Virus record (IMG/VR): IMGVR_UViG_3300014838_000041
Coordinates: 1 to 38,613 of that record
Length of the DNA: 38,613 bases
Strand: one strand, 5' to 3'
From: a virus
Lineage: Duplodnaviria; Caudoviricetes
Under the pieces are notes generated by a model. The model was given only the letters and a program-made list of their open reading frames with translations, was not told the origin of the DNA and made no database searches. Position numbers and translations under genes: made by a program. How positions within the stretch are numbered: position 1 is the first letter of the stretch; each line of letters begins with the position of its first letter. Shown piece after piece: positions 31,564-38,613 of the stretch.

Positions 31564-32601
31564 GTGGCACTGACAACCTCCAACACTTTCTCGAACATCA
31601 AGGTTGACACCCGCACGTTCATCGACCGTGCGTACGGTGCCCTGAAGCTGCGCCCGCAGCAGATCACCGCCGAGATGCAGCAGATCGGACTCGACATGAT
31701 CAACCTGGTCCAGCAGGACCTCGTGAACGACGCGATGCCGCTCTGGACGCTGCGCAAGACCCTCCTGTCCATCGTGCAGGGCCAGAGCCGCTACCAGCTG
31801 CCGACGGCGACGAACGACGTCAACTCGACCTTCTACCGCACCCTGTTCAACGTGACCTCCAGCGCCGTGGTGACCCTGGGCGCGGCGAGCATCGTGTTCC
31901 AGTTCCCGCAGGCGACCATCGTCTCGACCCTGAACGTGAACTTCCCGGCTGGTTCCTTCCCGATCACGATCCAGACCTCGCCCGACGGCATCACCTGGTC
32001 GACTGTTTACACGGCTGACATCTACGACAACGCCGCGAACGGCAGCCCGACCGTCTGGTACGACCCGTTCATCAACAACGCGGCCCTCTACTGGCAGATC
32101 ATCCCCTCGGTTACGAGTCCCGTGAACGGCACCTTGATCACCCCGGCGAACACGATGAGCGGCTGCAGCGCCCAGGTGTACAATACCCCTAGCGACATCA
32201 TGATGTACCGCATGAATCGCGACGACTTCTTCCAGCTGCCGAACAAGGCATTCCCCGGCCGTCCGCTTCAGTACCGACTGGACCGCCAGATCACCCCGAC
32301 GCTTGAGACCTGGCCGACTCCGGACCTCACGTCCTCGCAGAACGTACTCGTCTGCTGGCGCCAGCGCATGATCATGGACACGGGCTCGCTTCAGCAGACG
32401 CTGGAGATCCCGCCGCGCTGGTACCTGCCGCTGCTGTACCGCGTGGCCTCGGAGCTGGCGTTCTGCACGCCGGAGGCCGACGCCGACGCGGCCTCTATGG
32501 TCCAGGGCAAGGCCGACGCGATGATGCGCAAGGCGTGGAACGAGGAGCGCGACAAGTCGCCGATCAAGTACCAGACTCACATCAGCGTTTACACGGCGTA
32601 G
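31564..32601 (+). CDS. Probable head-tail adaptor / tail tubular protein
   Basis: N-terminal helices, LWT, Y-x-LP, LPNK...GRP-x-QY-x-x-DRQ, WPTPD, EIPPRW. Confidence 0.7.
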   Translation: MALTTSNTFSNIKVDTRTFIDRAYGALKLRPQQITAEMQQIGLDMINLVQQDLVNDAMPLWTLRKTLLSIVQGQSRYQLPTATNDVNSTFYRTLFNVTSSAVVTLGAASIVFQFPQATIVSTLNVNFPAGSFPITIQTSPDGITWSTVYTADIYDNAANGSPTVWYDPFINNAALYWQIIPSVTSPVNGTLITPANTMSGCSAQVYNTPSDIMMYRMNRDDFFQLPNKAFPGRPLQYRLDRQITPTLETWPTPDLTSSQNVLVCWRQRMIMDTGSLQQTLEIPPRWYLPLLYRVASELAFCTPEADADAASMVQGKADAMMRKAWNEERDKSPIKYQTHISVYTA

Positions 32602-32604
32602 GCC

Positions 32605-32982
32605 ATGCCTCTTTACCTGGACACCACTGGAAATTCGAGCGTCGCGGTCGCCATCTGCGGCCGCTGCAGCATCAAGTTCCCCATCGGCGAGCTTACGGAA
32701 GATCCGAACGCTCCCGGGCTCCTGGTGTGCGGACGCCCAGGCCAGATGACCGGCAAGGGCACCTGGACCGGCGGCTACGGGTGCGCCGACATGATCGACC
32801 CGTACCGGCTGCCGCCGCGCGAGACTGAGGATATCACGATCCGCATGCCTCGCCCCGACACGCCACTCCCTCAACCTGGCTACGTCAGCGTGGCCCCTGG
32901 CGATGCCAACTGGCCACCATCGTCCTTCCCTGACGACGGCCTGCAGGCGAACCAGCTGCCATCAACCGGAAATAGCTCGTAA
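32605..32982 (+). CDS. Cys-containing conserved virion-module protein
   Basis: AICGRC...PGLLVC...C...DPYRLP...PRPD. Confidence 0.7.
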   Translation: MPLYLDTTGNSSVAVAICGRCSIKFPIGELTEDPNAPGLLVCGRPGQMTGKGTWTGGYGCADMIDPYRLPPRETEDITIRMPRPDTPLPQPGYVSVAPGDANWPPSSFPDDGLQANQLPSTGNSS

Positions 32983-33317
32983 TGCAAACCAGTCAAATCC
33001 AATCTCCTTCGCTCACCTCCAGCCTTGGCACGTCGGTCGCGACCATCCTCGCGGGCCCTCCGGCCTCGACGTACACCGCGGTAAGCGCGATCACGTTCTG
33101 CAACAAGAGCGGCTCGAATTGCTGGGTAACCTGCTCGATCTACAACGGCACAACCGACGTCTACCTAGCCTGGCAGGCAACTGTAGCGCCTGGCGACACG
33201 CTCGTCCTCGGCGGCGTGAACCTGAAGGTCCTCCTGTCGAACGGCTTCTCGCTCCGCGCGCTCGCGCAGACCGCCGCAGCCATTGACGTCACCGTCTCCA
33301 GCGTGCAGTTCACCTGA
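32982..33317 (+). CDS. Small beta-rich virion protein
   Basis: TAATG coupling; I-x-x-CN...V-x-PGDTL...KVLL. Confidence 0.7.
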   Translation: MQTSQIQSPSLTSSLGTSVATILAGPPASTYTAVSAITFCNKSGSNCWVTCSIYNGTTDVYLAWQATVAPGDTLVLGGVNLKVLLSNGFSLRALAQTAAAIDVTVSSVQFT

Positions 33318-33850
33318 TGCGTAACTGGGCCAATGCCATCGCTCAGTACTACGGCGCGCAGATCATCAACGCGTCGGTGGGCAGCGTTGGTCTAACGATC
33401 AATGGCGCGTCTGGCTTCAGCGCGCTGCAGATCCTCGGAACCGGCATGCAGATCGGATCGCCTACCGGCGGCGACCAGGGCGTAGGCTCTATCAATGCGG
33501 TCTCGATGTTCATCGGTGGTGTGCAGATCTACCCAGGAGCCCCGGTCAACACGTTCGGCAGCTCGAATCCGTCGATCACCATAGCGCAGGCGAACCAGGG
33601 CTGGGTAAGCTCGGCATCTGGTCTCACGATCACGATCCCGTCGAACGCCTCGGTCCCGTTCCCGAACGGCACCATGCTGACCTTCCAGAACAACGGTGGC
33701 GGCACTATGAGCATCGCGATCACTGCTGACACGCTGCAGCTTGTGAACAGCTCCACAACCGGCACGCGCAGCCTCGCGGCGAACGCCATGGCTACCGCGT
33801 ACAAGGTCACCTCTACGAAGTGGATCATCTCTGGTGCGGGGCTAACCTAG
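33317..33850 (+). CDS. Tail fibre-associated protein
   Basis: TITIPSNASVPFPNGT...KWIISGAGLT C-terminal domain. Confidence 0.7.
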   Translation: MRNWANAIAQYYGAQIINASVGSVGLTINGASGFSALQILGTGMQIGSPTGGDQGVGSINAVSMFIGGVQIYPGAPVNTFGSSNPSITIAQANQGWVSSASGLTITIPSNASVPFPNGTMLTFQNNGGGTMSIAITADTLQLVNSSTTGTRSLAANAMATAYKVTSTKWIISGAGLT

Positions 33851-34539
33851 TGAGCGGCCAGCAGCCTTTACTGGCTACTGACGCTACGTTCTTCCAGCCG
33901 GTATGGAATACGTACACAATCGGCCAGAGCGGCACAGAAACGGTTCCAGCCGGAGCCTCGAACTGCCTGATCGTAGCCGGTGGTGGCGCCGGACAGGGTA
34001 ACGTGACCATCCCGACGACTGCCGGGCAGTCGGCCGGTGGTGGATCTGGAGCCTGGGTATCGCTCAGTATCGCAGTCACTGGTGGAAACACCATGTCGTA
34101 CTCGGTTGGTAGCGGCGGATACAGCGGCACTATCCCAACGACAACCGGAGCCAACGGTACCGCTACCACGGTCAGCGGCACAGTCGCAGGCGGCACGGTC
34201 AACGTCAGCGCCGGAGGCGGTCACGGTGGCACGTTCTCGGCTGGCACAGGCACAGTCGGAGCCGGTGGAACAGCCAGCGGTGGCAACACGAACACCAACG
34301 GCAACGCTGGCACGAAGACAACCAGCGGCCAGGGTGGCAACGGTGTCGACGGATACGATAGCGCTGGTGGTGCCGGTGGCGTCAACAGCAACGTCAGCGG
34401 CGGTACTGGTGGCAATGCCACTCAGACCAGCAGCCCGACACACACATCCGGATCGGGTGGAGGTGGAGGCGGCACTGAGTCCCAAGCAAACATCGGTGGA
34501 GTCGGTGGTGGTGGTGGAATTTCGTTTTATTACACATAG
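33850..34539 (+). CDS. Glycine-rich tail protein
   Basis: TVPAGA...GGGAG...GGGSGAW...YSVGSGG; terminal G-run then ISFYYT. Confidence 0.75.
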   Translation: MSGQQPLLATDATFFQPVWNTYTIGQSGTETVPAGASNCLIVAGGGAGQGNVTIPTTAGQSAGGGSGAWVSLSIAVTGGNTMSYSVGSGGYSGTIPTTTGANGTATTVSGTVAGGTVNVSAGGGHGGTFSAGTGTVGAGGTASGGNTNTNGNAGTKTTSGQGGNGVDGYDSAGGAGGVNSNVSGGTGGNATQTSSPTHTSGSGGGGGGTESQANIGGVGGGGGISFYYT

Positions 34540-34550
34540 GAAAATTGATC

Positions 34551-34886
34551 ATGGCGAACACTGTAATTGTTCTTTCTGAGGAGTTTCTGAAGCGGGTGCA
34601 AGTTGCGCTGGGCGAGCTGCCAGCCAAGTTCGCGGTCCCGGTGATTCAGGAAGTTGAGGCATGGATCACGCTCGCCGAGAAGCAGCCACACAAGGTGGTG
34701 GAGCTGGTCGACAAGCACATGGCAGAGATCAAGGACAAGATCGCGCAGGAAGGCGCGAAGGCCGCGCTGATGGAGCACGCGATGAAGCTGGTGGCCGATA
34801 AGGCTGCGGCTGACGCGAAAGCTGCTGAGGCCGCGGCGGTCGCTCCGGTGGAGGCCGCAGTCGCTGACGTCGAGAAGGTGCTGTGA
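34551..34886 (+). CDS. Small helical protein (possible tail-assembly chaperone)
   Basis: AGGA RBS; ALGELPAK...VI. Confidence 0.6.
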   Translation: MANTVIVLSEEFLKRVQVALGELPAKFAVPVIQEVEAWITLAEKQPHKVVELVDKHMAEIKDKIAQEGAKAALMEHAMKLVADKAAADAKAAEAAAVAPVEAAVADVEKVL

Positions 34887-35449
34887 GTGCATCCTACGAC
34901 GACTTCAACACCGCGTTCGCCAACGTAGTCGGCCTCGAAGGCAAGTACTCGTGCGACGAGAACGATCCGGGTAACTGGACCGGCGGTGCGGTCAACAAGG
35001 GTGAGCTGAAGGGCACGATGTACGGCATCAGCGCCGCCGCGTACCCGCAGCTCGACATCGCCAGCCTCACGCTCCAGAAGGCGAAGGCGATCTACCTTAC
35101 CGATTACTGGAACAAGCTGCGCTGCTCGACGTTGCCGAGCCCGGTAGCCATCGCGCTCTTCTGCGAGGGGGTGAACCTGGGGGTGTCGGGCGCAGCCAAA
35201 GTCTTTCAGCGCTCGCTGAAAGACCAGCAGATCGACGGGAACATTGGCCAGATCACTGTTGGTCTCGCCACGTCCCAGCCGCCGAAGGAGGTTCTGTGCA
35301 ACTTCCTGACGCAATGCGCGTACGACTACACGCAGATGGCGAACTTCAAGATCGACGGCAAGGGCTGGCTGTCGCGTGTAATCAAGACAGCTGTGGAGGC
35401 ACAGCTAACTCCGGCTGAGAACGTCGGAATCACAGGGGTGAAGGCATGA
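34883..35449 (+). CDS. Endolysin, glycoside hydrolase family 108
   Basis: EGKY...DPGNWTGG...GTMYGIS, IY-x-x-DYW, DGNIG-x-x-T, GKGW-x-x-R. Confidence 0.9.
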   Translation: MSASYDDFNTAFANVVGLEGKYSCDENDPGNWTGGAVNKGELKGTMYGISAAAYPQLDIASLTLQKAKAIYLTDYWNKLRCSTLPSPVAIALFCEGVNLGVSGAAKVFQRSLKDQQIDGNIGQITVGLATSQPPKEVLCNFLTQCAYDYTQMANFKIDGKGWLSRVIKTAVEAQLTPAENVGITGVKA

Positions 35450-35805
35450 GTATCGATATCGCTGGCCTTGGTGCCACTGCCACGGCGGCGCAGAAGATCC
35501 TTGGGATGATCTTCCCGGACAAGACCGCGGAGGAAACCCAGAAGCTCGCCGCATCGCTCGCGCTGATCACGGCCCAGACCGGCATCGACCAGACCGAGGC
35601 GGCGTCCACTGATCCGCTGGAGCACTGGCGCGGTGGACTTGGCTGGGTGTGCTCGCTCGCGTACCTGAACAACTTCATCCTGGTGCCGTGGGCGACCGCG
35701 TTCGGCCTTCACGTACCGGCCCTGGACATCGCACCGCTGTCGGCCCTGACGTTCGGTATGCTCGGCCTCGGTGGCATGCACGTCTACGAGAAGACACAGT
35801 CATGA
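35446..35805 (+). CDS. Holin (3TM/GTA-holin-like)
   Basis: FPD, EA-x-S, WRGGLGWVC, GMLGLGGMHVYEK; adjacent to endolysin. Confidence 0.8.
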   Translation: MSIDIAGLGATATAAQKILGMIFPDKTAEETQKLAASLALITAQTGIDQTEAASTDPLEHWRGGLGWVCSLAYLNNFILVPWATAFGLHVPALDIAPLSALTFGMLGLGGMHVYEKTQS

Positions 35806-36071
35806 GCGAGGACATGCGCGGCATGACCGACAACCAGATCGAACGGGTGTTCGGCGCGCTGGCTCGGATTGAGCAGAAGATCGACGGCCACACCACATGG
35901 ATGGTGCAGCACGTCGCGGACGACGCCCTCATGGCGGCCGACATCGTGAAGCTCAAGGAGCGCGCGGCCAGACAGCGAGGATTCATCACCGCCCTGACGG
36001 CAATGGGTAGCGTGCTCGGCGCCATCGCGGGGTACGCGGTGGACCTATTCAGCAGAGGATCGCATCACTAA
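35802..36071 (+). CDS. Coiled-coil + C-terminal TM protein (lysis-associated?)
   Basis: LARIEQKID coil; C-terminal hydrophobic helix. Confidence 0.6.
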   Translation: MSEDMRGMTDNQIERVFGALARIEQKIDGHTTWMVQHVADDALMAADIVKLKERAARQRGFITALTAMGSVLGAIAGYAVDLFSRGSHH

Positions 36072-36727
36072 TGCCCGTATCGATGACCTTCAATAGCCTG
36101 CAAAGCGATTTGCAGAACTACCTGGAGCGCGGGACAGTGCTCGACCCAATCGTGTACGCCCAGCTGCCGGAGCTGATCAACTTCGCCGAGCGCCGCATCG
36201 CTCGCGAGCTGAAGGTCGTCGGCTTCATCGTTCCCGCGACGTTCACCCTGCAAGCCGGTCTTGCGGTGTACGCCAAGCCTGACCGCTGGCGCGAGATGAT
36301 CTCGCTCAATGTTGGGTCGAGTCCCACCGGGACCATCGTGCGCCAGCAAATCTTCCCGCGCAGCTACGAGTACCTGCGCACGTACTGGCCGGACGACACC
36401 GCGACCCTGCCAGGGCCGCCGAAGTTCTACGCCGAGTACAACTACCAGAACATCATCGTCGCCCCGACCCCTGACCAGGCGTACCCGGCCGAGATGGTGT
36501 ACTACGAAGAGCCCGCGCTGCTCGACGCGACGAACACCACGAACTGGATCACGCAGTACGCCCCGAACCTGCTGCTGTACTCCTCGCTCCTGGAGTGCAC
36601 GCCGTTCCTGAAGAACGACAGCCGCATCTCGGTCTGGCAGGGCATGTACGACCGCGCCGCGGCGGTGCTCAACAGCGAATCGAACGCAGGAGTGCTTGAC
36701 CGCAACAGCACCCGTCAGGAAACCTAG
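36071..36727 (+). CDS. Probable head-tail connector/adaptor protein
   Basis: YLER...I-x-x-AERRIARELK, PPKFYA, VAPTPD, TNW...APNLLLY. Confidence 0.75.
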   Translation: MPVSMTFNSLQSDLQNYLERGTVLDPIVYAQLPELINFAERRIARELKVVGFIVPATFTLQAGLAVYAKPDRWREMISLNVGSSPTGTIVRQQIFPRSYEYLRTYWPDDTATLPGPPKFYAEYNYQNIIVAPTPDQAYPAEMVYYEEPALLDATNTTNWITQYAPNLLLYSSLLECTPFLKNDSRISVWQGMYDRAAAVLNSESNAGVLDRNSTRQET

Positions 36728-37962
36728 TGACCACGTATACCAACATCTTCACCGGGGCGCTCATCGCGCCTGCGCTCGCTGCCTACAACCCGATCACCCT
36801 GACCGGGAACCTGGCGCTGCAGTGGCCGCTAGAAACCGCCCCAAACTCGAACCTGGCGACGCCGATCATCGACATCACCGTCGGGACCACAGGCGCGTAC
36901 AACGTCACCCTGCCCCCGGCGAACAGCGTAGGCGTCGGCACGTTCGTCATCATCAACAATCTGTCGAGCTTCAACCAGGCGATCTACAACAACGCGGGCG
37001 CGGTGATCGTGGCCTCGCAGGCCCCTGGCTCGGTGTTCTTCTACTACCTGCAGAACAACTCCACAGCGGCCGGTGTCTGGTTCGCGTTCCAGTACGGTGC
37101 CGCGGTCTCGACCCCGTCGGTTGCCGCCATCGCCGGACCCGGGCTGCGCGCTGTTGGCGCCACGCTCGGTCAGGATATCGTCGTCCTCTCGGTCAACACC
37201 AACTACGTGCTCTCGACCGCGAGCCCTGGCGACCAGGCGAAGCTGGTCAACTGGACCGGTGGCGCCGGTACGATCACGGTGCCTCTCGCTGCCGTCGTTG
37301 GCGCGAACTGGTACGTCCAGGTCCGCAACAGCGGCACCTCGATCCTGACCCTGACCAACTCGGGCTCGGACACGATCAACGGCGTCGCCAACCTGTCGAT
37401 GAACCCGTCGGACAGCCTCTTCCTGGTGTGCGACGGCACGACCTGGTGGACCATCGGCCTCGGCCCAATCGTGACCGGCACCTTCCACGTGGTGACGATC
37501 TCGCTCGCGGGCAACACCGGCAACTACGTGCTCTCGGGCTCGCAGCTGAACCAGATCGGGTACACCTTCACGGGTGCGATGGCTGGCAACAGCATCATCA
37601 TCGTGCCGAACACGACCCAAGAGTACTGGCTGCGCAACACCACAACCGGCGGCACGCTCCAGATCGCGACCGCGGCGCAAGGAGCTGGAGGCCCAGCCAT
37701 CGCCGCGAACAGCCAGGCGATCTTTTACTCGGACGGCGCGAACGTCTACCTGGCCTCGCCAGCCGGACTCATCTCGTCGGTCCCTGTGACCATCGCGCAA
37801 GGTGGAACGAACGCCACTACCGCTGGGCAGGCGCTGATCAACCTCGGCGGCACCACGACCGGCATCGGAGTGTTCACCGCTGCCTCGGCGCAGGCCGCCC
37901 AAGCCTCGCTACTCACATCCTCGAACGCTGACGCGCTCGTCTACGCACTGGTACTCGGATAA
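36727..37962 (+). CDS. Tail structural protein
   Basis: Beta-rich repeats; VTIAQGGTNATTA..A..NLG fibre-type motif. Confidence 0.75.
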   Translation: MTTYTNIFTGALIAPALAAYNPITLTGNLALQWPLETAPNSNLATPIIDITVGTTGAYNVTLPPANSVGVGTFVIINNLSSFNQAIYNNAGAVIVASQAPGSVFFYYLQNNSTAAGVWFAFQYGAAVSTPSVAAIAGPGLRAVGATLGQDIVVLSVNTNYVLSTASPGDQAKLVNWTGGAGTITVPLAAVVGANWYVQVRNSGTSILTLTNSGSDTINGVANLSMNPSDSLFLVCDGTTWWTIGLGPIVTGTFHVVTISLAGNTGNYVLSGSQLNQIGYTFTGAMAGNSIIIVPNTTQEYWLRNTTTGGTLQIATAAQGAGGPAIAANSQAIFYSDGANVYLASPAGLISSVPVTIAQGGTNATTAGQALINLGGTTTGIGVFTAASAQAAQASLLTSSNADALVYALVLG

Positions 37963-38613
37963 TGCCAATCATCCCGCTAGCGTCCGCTCCGGGAACGCAG
38001 CGAGATGGAACGCTGCTTGCCGCGACCGCTCACACCGACGCACAGTGGTGCCGTTGGCAGCGTGGACTGCCGCGCAAGATCGGCGGCTACAGGGTGATCC
38101 AGCCGTACGCCAACGGGATCTACCGCACGATGCTCTCGCAGGCCCAGGGCGGCGCCTCGGGGCAGCTGCGCTACATGAACAACGGCCACCAGACCGGCAT
38201 GGACGCGTTCACCATCGACAATTTCGGGGTGTGCTCCAGCGTGAGCCAGCCGACGTTCCCGTCGACCACGAACCCGACGACCGCCGGGGTCAACACGGGC
38301 GCGATCTGCAGCTGGCAGTTCGACACGCAGTACGACAACCAGACCAACTCGATGCTGCTGTTTGCTCACGCGAACAACAACCTCCTGGACCCGACCCGCA
38401 GCGACAACTTCCCCTTCTACTCGATGCCTGTTTACACGCCCGCGTCCGGCTTCACCCAGGTCCAGGGGTACGGCACCGGATCGGACGGGCACGGCGGCAC
38501 TCAGCAGGCTCTCTTCCCGAACGGCATCAGCGGCGGGTGCGTCTCGCTCGCGCCTTACATGATCGTCTACGGGAACAATGGTTTCTTCGCGTGGAGTTCT
38601 CCAGGCTACCCAA
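37962..38613 (+). CDS. Probable tail nozzle/tubular protein, truncated by window end
   Basis: TAATG coupling; MPIIPLASAPGTQRDGT...WCRWQRGLPRKIGGY; open to the end. Confidence 0.7.
   Translation, partial: MPIIPLASAPGTQRDGTLLAATAHTDAQWCRWQRGLPRKIGGYRVIQPYANGIYRTMLSQAQGGASGQLRYMNNGHQTGMDAFTIDNFGVCSSVSQPTFPSTTNPTTAGVNTGAICSWQFDTQYDNQTNSMLLFAHANNNLLDPTRSDNFPFYSMPVYTPASGFTQVQGYGTGSDGHGGTQQALFPNGISGGCVSLAPYMIVYGNNGFFAWSSPGYP

Noticed and set aside
30013-32874. 953-aa minus-strand ORF (and similar ones at 16521-17792, 17859-19262, 36829-37902)
   Set aside because: Shadow frames of strongly C/G-ending + strand genes; no motifs or RBS.
33850-34539. Diversity-generating or repeat-driven variable tail gene
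   Set aside because: No reverse transcriptase or template/variable repeat pair seen; Gly-rich low complexity only.

Overview
A GC-rich tailed-phage genome segment with a podovirus-like layout. All confidently called genes are on the + strand, standard genetic code. The host is probably a Gram-negative bacterium (PagL-like barrel, GH108 endolysin). Order: putative origin repeats and replication genes (initiator C-terminal domain, loader-like protein, SF4 helicase); nucleases (Ref-like HNH, VRR-NUC, PD-(D/E)XK) and an Rnl2-type RNA ligase; small early genes behind sigma70 promoters; UvrD-like helicase; probable TerS; a 3.8 kb accessory block; TerL, portal, Endo VII, GroES; a 25-tRNA array covering all 20 amino acids; scaffold, Mu gpT-like major capsid, virion/tail genes, endolysin and holin. 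Most notable: (1) a small twin-arginine-signal protein built from two fragments of the major capsid protein in swapped order; (2) strong enrichment of GTTTAAAC/GTTTACAC, often via rare codons; (3) structurally aberrant tRNAs, including a long-variable-arm tRNA with a Lys CUU anticodon, and a 110-nt CCA-ended tRNA-like RNA; (4) a PagL-like lipid A deacylase homolog; (5) early promoters whose -10 box lies inside an inverted repeat, one driving a probable sRNA. All family calls are motif recognition by eye; no searches were run.
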